Positions 45,823 to 57,916 of a stretch of DNA of 64,000 nucleotides are shown here, piece by piece. Made by a program: the position numbers and the translations under genes. The stretch is from Babesia bigemina (Eukaryota). The stretch spans positions 2,728,001 to 2,792,000 of the forward strand of contig NC_027218.1 in the NCBI RefSeq assembly GCF_000981445.1, written 5' to 3'. The first letter of the stretch is position 1, and each line of letters opens with the position of its first letter. The notes below the pieces were generated by a model that did no database searches, was not told where the DNA came from, and saw only the letters and a list, made by a program, of their open reading frames with translations.

Positions 45823-47952
45823 CTAGAAGGAGCGGTGAATGTTCACGAGGTACCGCCGCTGTGACGCTCTGTATAGTTCCTGCATGGGCCCCTGGAACTC
45901 CGTGTGTTGCATTGACATCGTGGCCTCGCCGTACTGCGTGCCTCCTAACGGCGGAAGCTGGAGCACGTTGGGGTCTATGGTCCCGATTTCCCTGCCCGGG
46001 GGCACAAGCTTGTGCACCTCCGCCATGTACGCGGGCTCGTCCTGTATTGTTGTGCATCCGCCGCGATCAACGGTGTCGTAGTTGCGGCACACCGACGCCG
46101 CCTTGAAACGCGATTTGGCGCCCCCTCCCTGTGTCCGCCCGGTGCAGGTGTGGTACCAGACACGCTCGGGTGCGGTGCTTGCGATAACGATTGCCAGCCC
46201 CCTGGCTTGCGAGCGGCCGACCCTGCCGACGCGGTGCAGGAACTGGAATTTACACTCCGATACGTTCAGCATCGCGCAGAACGGCATGCCGGCGATGTCG
46301 ACGCCCCGGGCGGCAACGTCCGTGCAAACCAGGAACCTGTATAGGCCGTTTTTGAAATCCTCCAAGTTACGCTTGCGCCGGTGCTGGTCCAGCTTCCCAC
46401 CCAGCTGCGTCGCCGAGTAGCGGTTGATCAGCGTGTTGCTGCGCGTGCTGTTGAGGTGCGCCAGGTACGTGCAGAGGTTCTCGCAGTCGAGGTTGGTGCG
46501 GCAGAAAATGAGCCCGCTGGAGACGTTGAGCTTGTCGAGCAGCGCAACAAGGCACTTTGGCTTCAGCGTCTTTATACGGCGCGACGCCCGGTCGAGGTGC
46601 TCGAGTCCGTCCAGAGGCGGCTCAGGGTACTGGCGCTCGAAGTCGTACGTGCACTCCGGGTTCAGCTGCACCGCGCAAACATCCACAGTGTCGGCTATTT
46701 GCGGGTGCCCCTTGAGGTCGATCCACTGGGCCTCGCGCGTAAGCTGCTCCACGTTCTCTGCGACAACGGGGCTGTGCAACGTCGCGGAGAACAGGAGCAC
46801 CTGCAGGCGGCCTTTATCTGGCCCCGGTCCTCTGCTGCGCATACTGCGAACTATCTGCGACGTCGCTTTCGCGTCCTGCTTGATGAGTTCGTCGGCTTCG
46901 TCCAGGACGAGGAACTGCACGGTGCCAGTCGGCACCTTGCTGGCGCTCCGCAAGGTGGTGACCACGATATGCGCCCCTGCGTTGTCAGAGACGGTGATAG
47001 CGGGCGCAGTGAGATACTTTGCGTACAGCTTGAAATTCTCCAAAGTTTGCCTCGCCAGCTCTATCGTCGGTTCCACGACAAGGCAGAGGGCACGTTGGGC
47101 CCTGCGACCTTCTGAATCATTGGAGCTGCCGGAGCCACCTGAGCTCTCTGCCAACCCAACTGGCGTGTATCCTTCCTCGGGAAACGTCATTTTGTGCACA
47201 TTTACAGTAAATTTGGCCTTTTTAGCGCACACTGAGGGGAAGAACGGCTCACCCGGGCTTCGTATTTTGTATGCGACACCCAGGTGACGCTGGTTGAGCT
47301 TGAAAGCAACCTCGCCCGACTTCATATCCAACAGGCACTGCAATACGTCACCGCGCCCGTACGGCGCTCCATAGTCCAGAAACTTTCCGCTGTTGCTCTT
47401 CTTCCCAGTTGACCCGAAGCCATACGAGTTTTTGTCGAGCCCAATTGCGTACTGGCAGTTTGCCGTGGCCCACCCGAACCTGCAAAGTCCGTCCGACTCC
47501 ACCCGGCACTCGAAACAGTACCGACCAGTGCCGCCTACGGGTTTGCATAAACGGGCGCCGAACCATTTGTCGGCATTAGTTAAAAATGTGTTGGTCGTTG
47601 CATCAAACTGCATTTCGGAATCGCCATCTACAGTTAGCAAGTTATCGTCTGCAGTAGCTGATTCAGATTCGACGGCTGCCGTCGATGCCTGCTCATCGTT
47701 GGCATCATCAACAACCGCTTGCGGTCGGCGTTTTCCCGAAGCGCGCTCCCTCAGCGTCTCGTGGACAAGCTGCAGGCACGGCAACGCGAACGCTGCGGTC
47801 TTGCCGCTTCCGGTTTCCGCCGCCGCGCAAACATCGCGTCCGCCTAGAATCGCGGGGATCGCCTCTGCCTGTATTGGCGTCGGCAGCACCCAGCCTAGGT
47901 CAAGACATGCTCGATTCAGGTCAGGATCGACTCCGAATTCGCTGAACGGCAT
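45823..47952 (-). CDS. DDX1: DEAD-box RNA helicase DDX1
   Basis: AETGSGKT, DEAD, SAT and HRVGRVGR motifs with a SPRY domain inserted after motif I (GLCRFGWAT, YGFGSTGKKS); ERVWYHTC. Confidence 0.9.
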   Translation of the reverse strand: MPFSEFGVDPDLNRACLDLGWVLPTPIQAEAIPAILGGRDVCAAAETGSGKTAAFALPCLQLVHETLRERASGKRRPQAVVDDANDEQASTAAVESESATADDNLLTVDGDSEMQFDATTNTFLTNADKWFGARLCKPVGGTGRYCFECRVESDGLCRFGWATANCQYAIGLDKNSYGFGSTGKKSNSGKFLDYGAPYGRGDVLQCLLDMKSGEVAFKLNQRHLGVAYKIRSPGEPFFPSVCAKKAKFTVNVHKMTFPEEGYTPVGLAESSGGSGSSNDSEGRRAQRALCLVVEPTIELARQTLENFKLYAKYLTAPAITVSDNAGAHIVVTTLRSASKVPTGTVQFLVLDEADELIKQDAKATSQIVRSMRSRGPGPDKGRLQVLLFSATLHSPVVAENVEQLTREAQWIDLKGHPQIADTVDVCAVQLNPECTYDFERQYPEPPLDGLEHLDRASRRIKTLKPKCLVALLDKLNVSSGLIFCRTNLDCENLCTYLAHLNSTRSNTLINRYSATQLGGKLDQHRRKRNLEDFKNGLYRFLVCTDVAARGVDIAGMPFCAMLNVSECKFQFLHRVGRVGRSQARGLAIVIASTAPERVWYHTCTGRTQGGGAKSRFKAASVCRNYDTVDRGGCTTIQDEPAYMAEVHKLVPPGREIGTIDPNVLQLPPLGGTQYGEATMSMQHTEFQGPMQELYRASQRRYLVNIHRSF

Positions 47953-48676
47953 CCTGTTCCGTTTACGAGCCAGGAGTGGCCCGGACTGCTCAGGCCGCGT
48001 CTATGTTTACACACCTGACGCCGCCCGCTAGGGCTAACGACAGCGTGGTGAGAAACGGCAGCGCCACGAGCCGTTTAGGCTCGTCCAGGGCCTCCTGACT
48101 AGCGAAGCCACATTTCATAATTATTGAGTAGCGAAATGTGCGACCTTCGTCACTGCTGCGTGTCGGCTGCAGATGTTCGCGCCCCGCAAGGTGCGGTGAT
48201 GCCGGCCTCAGCCGGCCGTCCGTGGCCAGAATCACGACCAACTACGCAGGCATAGTACCCTTGAACTTGGAATCCGGGGATTACTGCGTGATCAGGGCTT
48301 CTAATCGCCGGTTGTGGCGTCTACGTTTGCGACATCGTTTTCCTTGCCCCTACAGCAGGATCTATACGGCTGCTGTTATTCCTCCCTATGGGCCGCCCTG
48401 ACAGCGTTTTGGGTTCCTCGTAGCAGCGCCAATTCCGGCTGGCGGGTCAGCAGTGGAAGACACATCTTTAATGTCCCGAGCGTCTCGCCCTCAAAACTCG
48501 CACGGCTTACAACGTCGGAAGAGTGTGTGAAGTGAAACCGTCGTCTCTCAAGCATCTCGATTTGACACGGAAGCTTCTGGAAGATTGCGTGTTATCTTCG
48601 TTTACAATAATATCGCTACCCGCGGGAGGCGCTGTGCAAAGCAAAATAAACGGCCCGTTTATCGACGTTCTCGAGG

Positions 48677-49474
48677 ATGTCTATGTCGGAGCACTCTGAG
48701 CCGACTCGCGATGTGCGCGTGATTTCGGTGGAGCAGTTTCACAAAACGAAGCTGTGCCCGCACATGAACAAGCCGGAAGGCTGCCTGAGAAGCATGCGCT
48801 CTCATTGCCCGTACGCTCACAGCGCGGATGAGCTGAAGGAGCCTCCGAACTTGATCAAGACTGCAATGTGCAAGCTCCACCTCAAGGGGAACTGTGATAA
48901 GACGAGCGAGGAGTGCCCCTATGCACATTCCTTCGACGAGCTGCGGCACACCGACGGCTTCTACAAGACGTTCATCTGCAAGTTCTGGGAGAAGGGCTAC
49001 TGCAAGGCGGGGTCGATGTGCCGCTATGCGCACGGCACTCAGGAGCTTCGGCGCGTGTCTTCGGACGTCGGCCACCTGCGGTCCCGGGACATCGATGCCA
49101 TGGACCGCATGACATCCCGCGTCACCTCGTTGGGTGAGCACGCTGTCGCGCATATGGACACCACCGAGCGTAATTGCACTGCGCCCACCAGCACGTCGGC
49201 GTACAGTTTCAACCGCACCCTGCCGTCACCGCTGTTTGTATACCCGGTGTACGGGGACGTGACCGCCTACTCCACGACCCCGACCGCCAGCGGGATTCAG
49301 CAGTGGGTGCCCAGCACGGAGTCGTCCATCGCCAAGGAACAAGACGAGGCTTTCTACCTCATGCACTACTACCTGCAGAAGTACATTGAATGCAGCTCGA
49401 AGCAGCAGTCGTACCTGCAGCAGCAGCGCTATCAACAGCAGGGCTACATGGCAGAGAGCTTTCACAAAAGTTAA
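48677..49474 (+). CDS. Tandem CCCH zinc-finger protein
   Basis: Three KTxxC...C...C.YAH fingers. Confidence 0.9.
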   Translation: MSMSEHSEPTRDVRVISVEQFHKTKLCPHMNKPEGCLRSMRSHCPYAHSADELKEPPNLIKTAMCKLHLKGNCDKTSEECPYAHSFDELRHTDGFYKTFICKFWEKGYCKAGSMCRYAHGTQELRRVSSDVGHLRSRDIDAMDRMTSRVTSLGEHAVAHMDTTERNCTAPTSTSAYSFNRTLPSPLFVYPVYGDVTAYSTTPTASGIQQWVPSTESSIAKEQDEAFYLMHYYLQKYIECSSKQQSYLQQQRYQQQGYMAESFHKS

Positions 49475-49527
49475 AATATATAACTGTGACATTCATTCAT
49501 CGGTGGTTTGGCTGTGCCACTACGGTC

Positions 49528-52302
49528 CTACTTGTTGAGGATGACTACGACTGCCACGTGCAGCAGAAGGATGTACATACCAACCAACAGGCGCATGAAC
49601 CAGTGCCCCAACGCCAGGCGCAAAGCATCCATGAATCCGGGCAGACCCCTGCGCTTTCGCGACGCCACATTTGATGAGAAGCCCATGCGACGGTTGCTCA
49701 TGTAGTCTTCCAGGTCCAGTTCGCCCTTGTGCTTTGCCTCCTCCGGGTGCCGCAGGGCCAACAGTTCGCAGTTGAGGTTGTCGATGCGGGAGGTCTTCTC
49801 CGCTAACATCGCCTTTAGTGACGCCACCTCGCTCACGAGGCCGGCGTTGCTCATCTTCATCATGCGAAACTCCTCGCTCATGCGCCGCACGTCGGCATCA
49901 GATGCCGCTGCGCTCTCGTTCTCCTGGGCCTGGGCAGCAGCTTCGCGCCGCTCACGTTTCAGCGCCGCCAGTTCTTGCTCCAGTTTCTGTATTGCGGCCT
50001 GTTTTGAGTTCAGGAGCGCCTCCTGCTCCTTGCAACGCTGTGTGGCCCGCTCGAGTTCGCCGGTGAGCTCTTTATAATTCGCTGCGGCGGTGTCGACAGA
50101 CACGCTTGCCGTTGCGCTGATGCTTCGCTGTTTAAGCTGCTCCACCATGCTGACGTTCTCCTTCTGCAGCTGCTGGTACATCGCGTAGATTTCAGAGGAT
50201 TTCAGCTTGTGGGCCTGGCACTCGCTCTCAATAGACTGCAGCTGCCCCTTGAGGCTGGTGTTGTCGCCTTCCAACGCCTTCACGCGCTCCTCCAGCGCAG
50301 TGGCAGACTGCAATGACAGGGCGGCCTCCCTTTCTTTTGCCTCCATATCGCGTGTCAACGTGGCCGTCATCTCGCTGAGGTTGCGCTTCTCGGTTTCCAA
50401 CAGCTCCAGACGTTCGCAATCCGCCTTCATTTTATCCACCTCGCTTCCGAGCCTATCATTTTCGGCCTTAAGCGCCTCCACCTCTGAGCCGTACTTGCGC
50501 AGGCGCTCTCCGTTTTCCTCCAGCTGGTAGTAGCAGGTTTCCACCTGCTGGTTTGCCTGAATCAGCTGCTGCTCGAGCATGACGCAATGCTGCTCCTTTT
50601 CAGCCAGCTTCTGCTCAATCTCACGTAAAGTAGCCTCTGATGCGTCATTTCCACCAGGTTGATCATCGACCCTCATCTCCTCCATGTGTGATGTTTCTGG
50701 CACCTCTTCAGCAGCACCCTGGTCGTGGGAGTCTCCTGCCTCCACGCCCTCTATAATATCAGAAGAGTCTTCCATAATATCGGTGGGCGTATGGCGGACC
50801 GTTTCGAGTTGCGTCTCATCCACCTCTCCCGAGGAGGATGCCAGGACCACCGTCGGTGCATGGTGGGCTGCGCCAAATTGCATCTCGTCTACAGTCTCCG
50901 ACAAATCGTCTACAAACACAGTGGGGGCGTGTTGTGCAGACGTAAATTGCATCTGGTCTACAACTTCCGAAGGGTGTTCCATATCGACCGACTGTTGGCC
51001 AAGCGGCTCTTCCACCTCCACCTCTTGAACATGTGATGCTTGCTCTGATCCATCCACAACACCCACCTCTTGAACATGTGATGCTTGCTCTGATCCATCC
51101 ACAACACCCACCTCTTGTACATGTGATGGTTGCTCTGATCCATCCACACCCTCAATCTCATCTGCGTCAACCTCAGGCGCATTGTCTGCTGATGGCTCCG
51201 CCTCTACTGCGGACTCCTGGTGACCCACTTCAGAGATGACCTCATGGATGCTTTCGGATGAAGGCTCTGCTTCGTCCATGACCTCTTGAGCGTACGACTC
51301 GATCGCCACACCATCGTTGCGTTCTGGCGATTGAGGTTCATCAGTCACTGCGTCCTGGTCACCCGCATTTTCGAGTTCACCAGACGGTTGGGTGCCCTCA
51401 TCCACGCCATCAAATTCGGTAACATGTGACGATTCCACCGCTTCATCCATGGCAGCTCGGTCGCTCAATTCCTCAACTGCAGTAATATGTGATGGTTGTG
51501 GCTCATCGTTCACGAGCTCCTGCTCGTATGTCTCTTCATCCTCAGCAGCACGTGTAGATTGAGGTTCGTCAACAAAATCTGCGTTGTCTAAAGCTTCCTC
51601 TTCAGTCACGTGCGATGATTGAGGCTCGTCAACATCTTGATCGTACGACTCCTCAACTTCGGCACTACTTGATGATTGCACTTCGTCAACAACTACCTCC
51701 GGCTCAAGTGTCGCTTCAATTTCAGCAACACTGGAGGACTGCTCAGCTTCACCTCCGACATCTTGCGCTTCCTGCTGTTCAACCTCAACCTCACTTGCGC
51801 TCTCAGATGAGGGTTCCTCATCCTCAACGCGTTGGTTGTCGAACTCAGCCTCATCGACAACTTCGGTTGAGGGTTCCACCTCCGCGGCCTCTTGATCATG
51901 TGATTCTTCAACCTCTTCCTCCGCGTCTTGTACAGGTTCCGACGCCTCCATAGCAGACTCAACCGGCGAATCCTCCTTTTCAGACTCTTCTGGTGATGAC
52001 GCATCGGCAGAGTCAGCTGGCTGGGCCTGCTCGTCATCAGCCTCTGGTGCCTCCGCTGAGGTGCCCGGTACAGCCGGCAGCTGCTCGTCTGAGGGCTCTA
52101 CAGCGCCCTCCTGCGAAGGTTCGGGCAGCATTTCTGAGGTGGATGCGGGTTGATGCTCAGGCTCCGTTGGATGTGTAACGGCCTCTGGCACATCCAGGGT
52201 GCCGACGTCAGCCGCAGCCTCCTCTTCAACATGTGCTACTGGAGCCGCCACGTCGTCCACTTTGTCTGCGACATCGGCGTTGCGTTCGAACTCCTCCACC
52301 AT
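49528..52302 (-). CDS. Acidic, coiled-coil, tail-anchored protein (golgin-like architecture)
   Basis: Glu-rich disordered N-half, long coiled coil, C-terminal TM LLVGMYILLLHVAVVVIL. Confidence 0.75.
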   Translation of the reverse strand: MVEEFERNADVADKVDDVAAPVAHVEEEAAADVGTLDVPEAVTHPTEPEHQPASTSEMLPEPSQEGAVEPSDEQLPAVPGTSAEAPEADDEQAQPADSADASSPEESEKEDSPVESAMEASEPVQDAEEEVEESHDQEAAEVEPSTEVVDEAEFDNQRVEDEEPSSESASEVEVEQQEAQDVGGEAEQSSSVAEIEATLEPEVVVDEVQSSSSAEVEESYDQDVDEPQSSHVTEEEALDNADFVDEPQSTRAAEDEETYEQELVNDEPQPSHITAVEELSDRAAMDEAVESSHVTEFDGVDEGTQPSGELENAGDQDAVTDEPQSPERNDGVAIESYAQEVMDEAEPSSESIHEVISEVGHQESAVEAEPSADNAPEVDADEIEGVDGSEQPSHVQEVGVVDGSEQASHVQEVGVVDGSEQASHVQEVEVEEPLGQQSVDMEHPSEVVDQMQFTSAQHAPTVFVDDLSETVDEMQFGAAHHAPTVVLASSSGEVDETQLETVRHTPTDIMEDSSDIIEGVEAGDSHDQGAAEEVPETSHMEEMRVDDQPGGNDASEATLREIEQKLAEKEQHCVMLEQQLIQANQQVETCYYQLEENGERLRKYGSEVEALKAENDRLGSEVDKMKADCERLELLETEKRNLSEMTATLTRDMEAKEREAALSLQSATALEERVKALEGDNTSLKGQLQSIESECQAHKLKSSEIYAMYQQLQKENVSMVEQLKQRSISATASVSVDTAAANYKELTGELERATQRCKEQEALLNSKQAAIQKLEQELAALKRERREAAAQAQENESAAASDADVRRMSEEFRMMKMSNAGLVSEVASLKAMLAEKTSRIDNLNCELLALRHPEEAKHKGELDLEDYMSNRRMGFSSNVASRKRRGLPGFMDALRLALGHWFMRLLVGMYILLLHVAVVVILNK
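51016..51150 (-). repeat. 45-bp coding tandem repeat x3 (DGSEQ(A/P)SHVQEVGVV)
   Basis: acatgtgatg.ttgctctgatccatccaca recurs every 45 bp. Confidence 0.9.
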
Positions 52303-52679
52303 TTTCGAACTAGATTGGGACTACCGAACCTCCTTGGTAGCGGAGGGGTCTGCAATTGGCATCAACGTCGGATAAAACTGTTTCCAGAGGGCAATGTGGC
52401 CTATATTTTATAAGCCAAACAAACAACTTGCAGCCTCGATGAAATGTGTAAACGAATGCACTCTCGATCGGCCCGGGGCAGGCCGGCTACACTGCTACGC
52501 AGCCCAGGGTGTGCAGGAAAAAAGCCATATAGACTCGACTCCAGGCACCACCGGGTACAGTCCCGACGAGCGACAATACATAGAACCGTTTACAAAAATG
52601 GTCGCAGACTATTAGAGTACGGCGAAGTTATCGAGCCCAGTGTGTACACGTTGACCAGGCTCCGATCCATATGGGCGGC

Positions 52680-54900
52680 CTAAAACTGGAAGTACTTGAG
52701 CATCTCTTCTGGGTGCGGCATATAGGTCAGGTTTCCCATGGCAACGGCCGACGGCTTGCCGGATTTCAGCATGCGGTCTACGCAGCTCTTGATGTCGCCG
52801 GCAGTCACGCTGTCGATGGCGCGCTCCAGCTCGTTCACGGTCAGCACGCGGTCGCACAGCAGCAGCTGCCTGGCAATGTCCTCCATCTGCACGGCCTTGT
52901 GCTCGAGTGACATGTGCAGGTACGACTTCAGGGTGTTCTTGGCGCGTTCCAACTCCTTGGGCGTCACCGTGGCCATCGCCCTGAACTCGTTCGCCATCAC
53001 CTCCAAGGCATTGCGTGATGCGTGAGGTGCGGCAACCATGTACAACCCGCAGATACCAGCGTCGCTGTAGACGGTCGAGAAGGCCATGCACGTTTCCACG
53101 AACTCGTTCTTGTTAAGCACGTTCAGGAACAGGCGGCTGTGCATGCCCTTGCCGGGCCCGCCGGTGGAGAACGCTCCACCGCCTCCGAGCAGCGCCTGCA
53201 GCACCGTGAAAACCACCAGCTCCGGCTTGTTCCAGCCACCGGGGATTTCGAATCCCACCGCCAGGTGCAGCAGCGGCGTGTTGTCCTCGTGGTAGCGCAC
53301 GCCGCCGGTGTACACGGGCCTTTCCACCTCGCGCTTTACGGGCTCGATCGCGTTGTACTCGTTGTAGGCGCGCATCACCCACTTCGAGAGCTCGGCCATG
53401 TCGGTGTTGATGCCCACCACGACACAGTTGTCGGGCGAGAAGTGGCGCAACATGAAATTCCTCAATACCTCGGGCTTGTAGTTCGCCATGCTAGCCTCCG
53501 GGCAGAAGTTCGGCAGGCCGAGCGTGTTGTTGTGCCAGGCGACGGAGTGCAAGAGCTCCGTGACGATCATGTCCGGGGTCTCGTGGATCTGCTTGCGCCG
53601 GTCGTCCAACCGCGACTTGTTGGCCTTCATCTCCCAGTGCAGGAAACGCGGGAACAGGACGTTTCCGATCAACAGGTTCACCATGATCGGCACGTCCTTG
53701 CGCATGCATTCCCCGTGGTAAGCGATGTGCTCGCGGAACGCGTTGCAGCTCGCATTGCCGCCTAGGGTCTCCACGGTCTTGATGGTGCGCAGGTGCGACA
53801 GGTGCGCTGTCGAGTGGAAGGCCATGTTCTCGATCATAGACGACACACCAATCTCCTCGGGGCGCTCGTACCGCGCGCCCGCGCCGACGTAAAGTCCCAC
53901 CAAAGAATCCATTCCACCCCTATCGACGGACGCAATTCTGAGGCCGTTGGGGAGCTTCGCCAGCTTCACGGAGTCGTCGACGGGCTCGAAGCGCCCCTCG
54001 GATCCCTCGATGTAGATGCGGTCGGTCAACGGCACCTTGCGGTACGGGTTGTCACCACCGTCGGAGCGACCGACGTAGTAGAACTTGAAGTCGGGCACCT
54101 CCTCCATGATCTGCTCAACATCCTCCTCGACAAAGGGCACGTTGACGTATGCTGCCGGCGCCTTCGTGAGGATGCGGCTGATCTCAGCGGCTCCGCTGGC
54201 GGCAGTGGTCTGCAGGAAAATGAGGTCACGCGTCAAAATCATGTACACCCCAATGAACGGTTAAACCTGTACACGCCACAAGAAGCATTAATCACGGCAC
54301 CAAGTACGTAAATGTTATGTATGATGGCCACTAACATAAGAAAGTCCACATCGTAATTTCACCGATGGCACAGGACGACTACGCATATGCACCTAGGCAC
54401 AACAGCCGTCGGAAAATGGATCACATAAAACATCACGTGGCCACATACACAGTTGCAGTATCACAAAACGGCCAAAGGCGCTATAACTTGGCAAACATCC
54501 ATACCGCAGGTCACGGAGAGGCAACGGCACTAAGATACGTATGCAGCACATATCCAGACTCCACAGCGCCGTATAAACCGCAGCACCAGCCACAAATGCC
54601 GCATTAGTTACACAAATACCAGGCTACACGCAACCGTATTGGCAAGCTGTCGATTTGCCGACGGGCAAGGCGGCGCCGCCAGAATCAGCACCCAAATCGC
54701 ATATGTACCCGGGAAGACAGATTAATAATAACCGATATTTGCAACAAGGTCAGGCACGGGCATGTAACGCCTGCTTCAGGCGAAAAGCGGCCGTCAAGGA
54801 CGGCCGCAACGACGTGAGCGGCGGAACCTACCATTACCCTGAGGCCAAGCGGACGGCTTACGCGCTGCAGCCGCAGCGAAGCTATGCGTGATAGCAACAT
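52680..54900 (-). CDS. Mitochondrial processing peptidase alpha subunit
   Basis: M16 domains with the glycine loop LLGGGGAFSTGGPGKGMHSRL. Main exon starts at 54209 after ttcctgcag; predicted exon 1 54862-54900 (MLLSRIASLRLQR|GTAAG) is less certain. Confidence 0.85.
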
Positions 54901-55016
54901 GGTGTGTCCCTGCGAATGGAAGTGACCCTGCGGCGGCGAGGCGGCGGAAGGCGCAACACCACATGGGCAGCACACCGGCAGTCACAGAAACCGACACATC
55001 ACAAACATGGACTGAT

Positions 55017-57544
55017 ATGCATCAGCTACTTGCGGCGCTTCGCGCCGCTAAGCCCGCACATCTGCCGCGGCTCGGCCTGCGGCTGGTCAACGCTCTCGCC
55101 GGGCCGCGCCCCCCTGCGCCGTTCTGGTAAGGCCGACGTCCGTCGATATACACGAGCGCAGGCTCGAGTACGTGCGCAGGGCAATGGAGCCACCCGTTTT
55201 CGGCGCGATGAGCCCCCACTCCAAGTGCCTTCTCACCTGCGTCGCCTGCAGACTGGGCCGCGATGCCGCGAGAGCTGCGCAAGCAGACAAGCTGGTCGAG
55301 CGGGTCTTCAGGGACGTGACCAGCACCAAGGCGCTCCAGCTGCTGAATCTGGAGCTCATAAACATGTTGTTGGTAGCCAGTTACACGCTCGGACTGCCGT
55401 TGTCGCAGCCACAAATGCAGCGCGTACTCGACCAGACATGCCAGCTGGTTGAACGGGACGCCAATTTCAACGTCGAGTTGACGGTCAGCATACTACACTC
55501 GCTGGGCGCAATAGCTCGGGTATACCCGCGTCAACGTGAGCAACTGGCGACCTCGGCAGTGGTTCAAAGTGTCCTTTCTGGGTTTCGCGATTTTGAGCCG
55601 AGGCTCAACATGCGTGAACTGTCGCTGGTGCTGTACGCCTTCGACAAACTGCATGTCGTCGACCATGCTATGGCAGAAGTGTTGGTAGAGCGAGTGGAGA
55701 AGGAACGCTCCACATTGAACGGGCAGACGCAGGCCACCATCCTTTTCGCGTGCGCTGCGCACCCCCCCTTGCACCGGGTGCTCGGAATACTGCGTGAAAA
55801 TGTGGTTGACGGGGCGCCACGCTTCACGGGTAGAGAGGCGTGCAACGTGTATTGCGCTTACCTGAAGGCCGGCCTCTGGGATGAGCAGTTGTCAGCACTG
55901 CTTGAACACGCCCTGCCCAAGATGAACGCCCAGGAGCTTTGCAACGTCGTAAACCTGATGATACAGAAGGAAGCACCCGTTGACAAATCCTTCACTGTGG
56001 CGTATCCGCGTCACTTAAACACCGCGTTGATGACGATGCGACTCTCGCTACTTGACGCGTTGACCCTGACGCAGTCCGTTGCGCACTGGGGTCTCGCCAG
56101 CCGCATGCGATTGAGCGCGCTCGATAATGCAATCTCCAAAGCGCTGGCAGCAGATAGGTCGGCCTACTCCGCTAAGCACGTCTATCTGTTGCACTACTTG
56201 GTGACGCTGGGTTGCCGCGGTGCGGCGCAGAGGGCGGTGAACTGCGCCGCACAGCGCTTCGACCCGAGAGCGCTCAGCAATAAGGAGATCGTCGTGCTCT
56301 ACAATGCGCTGTGGCACTTCGGATCGGGCGCTGCCTGCGTGAGCGTCGTCGAGCGCGAACTGAAGCGGCGCCTCGATCAACACCAGGCATTCAGCGCGGT
56401 CGACTTGCAAACCTTGGCGCACTGGGGAGACTCCGAAACGTGTGGCCTTATTGCGGACAAGTATCTAGACGGCAGTGGATGCGCGAATGAAAGCCATATC
56501 AAACTGCTGAACACCCTCCTGAGGAAGACGGGTAGCGACGCGGCGAGGGCCTTGGCGCGGCGGGCGGTTGAGGTGGTGCTAAAGCCTGGACGTGACAACA
56601 GCACTAAAATGGCGGTCAATAACGATTCCAATGCACATGAAGATGCTGGATCAGGGTGCAACGTGATGAGTAGCGTCTCCTCTAAACATGGATCTAACGT
56701 GGAGGTGCCATCCACCGTGAGGCACCAGGCTGCGGCATGTGAGCTGTTGCCTTACCTACAGGGAGAGCTGGATGTAGTTCCCATTTTGTCCAACCTAGTG
56801 GAGAGTTGGCTTCATACGTTGTGCGGCGACACTAAAATAGAAACGCGGTGTTTGATCGCATGCCTGTCAGTGGCCCGGAAGCTCAACGTGAGATCGACGT
56901 CGGTAGCGTCGGTCGCGAGTGCCATCGTCGAACAACTTGATGGTGGGATAGGCCCCCAGGATTTCTTGGATTACATCAATGCAGTGTACCACCTGGAAAT
57001 AGCAGTGAACGACCCGGGGGCGCTGATGGACACCGCCGTTAAGGTCCTGGAGGAGGCGCATGACGAAGCTGTCAAGGAGTCCATATTGTTCACTCTCAGT
57101 GCAATGCAATTTTCGGGCCATCTGATCACTAATGGAGTCGGAGAACATGTTGTGTCGAGGTGTTTGGCTTTGAGAAAGCCTCCACGGATGTGCCTGAAGG
57201 CGCTCTACATGTGCCTGGTTCATGAAGGCTACCTTACGCCTGGTGGAATCACCACATCCCCTGCCTTCATCCGCAGATTGCAATATCGCGCTGCAGAAGT
57301 GGGCACTGGCGGCAAAACACGCACTGAGTCGCATATCGGAGCTACATCGCACCACCGCCGCTCCAGGCCCACCACACATGAGGACAACCAAAATGAGGTG
57401 CACTGCAGCGTCTACTCAACGCTGCAAAAAATACACGCTGGCAATCCGTGTTCATCCATACGAGCGGAGGCGCCTGTGGCATTCGACTATGTGTCGGACA
57501 TTCTTTTGACCACATCGCCACCGAGGTTGAAAGGCGTGCCATAG
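55017..57544 (+). CDS. Helical-repeat protein (OPR/HPR/RAP-like organellar RNA-binding candidate), 2 exons
   Basis: Exon 1 55017-55126 and a 35-nt intron 55127-55161 join in frame. Repeats LNMRELSLVLYAF, FTGREACNVYCAY, MNAQELCNVV, LSNKEIVVLYNAL. Confidence 0.6.
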
Positions 57545-57916
57545 GCCCAACTACACCCAGCCGACGCTGGCATCGCATTCCTTTTTAAACAGCAGCAACA
57601 AACTCACGATTTCAATTACAATCGCTATCTATTCCACAAACGTTTATTGTGGAACCCATTAACCCTGGGTGAAACAACACCGACTGGGCACCTCAAACGC
57701 ACCACTCCACTACCCACTCATGCCAACCGGTAACACGTCGAGTATTTGCCACTGAAGTCGTTTGTAGTCTTAGCAGCGCACAGGGGCGTGCAATACATAA
57801 ACATGAACCACCGAAAGTAGACCCGCCAACATGCAACACGAGCATAAGTACCCGGCGGGCTTAAACGCCACCCAACGCTAACATCGTCAGAAAATACGTT
57901 TTTAATAGCGATATCG

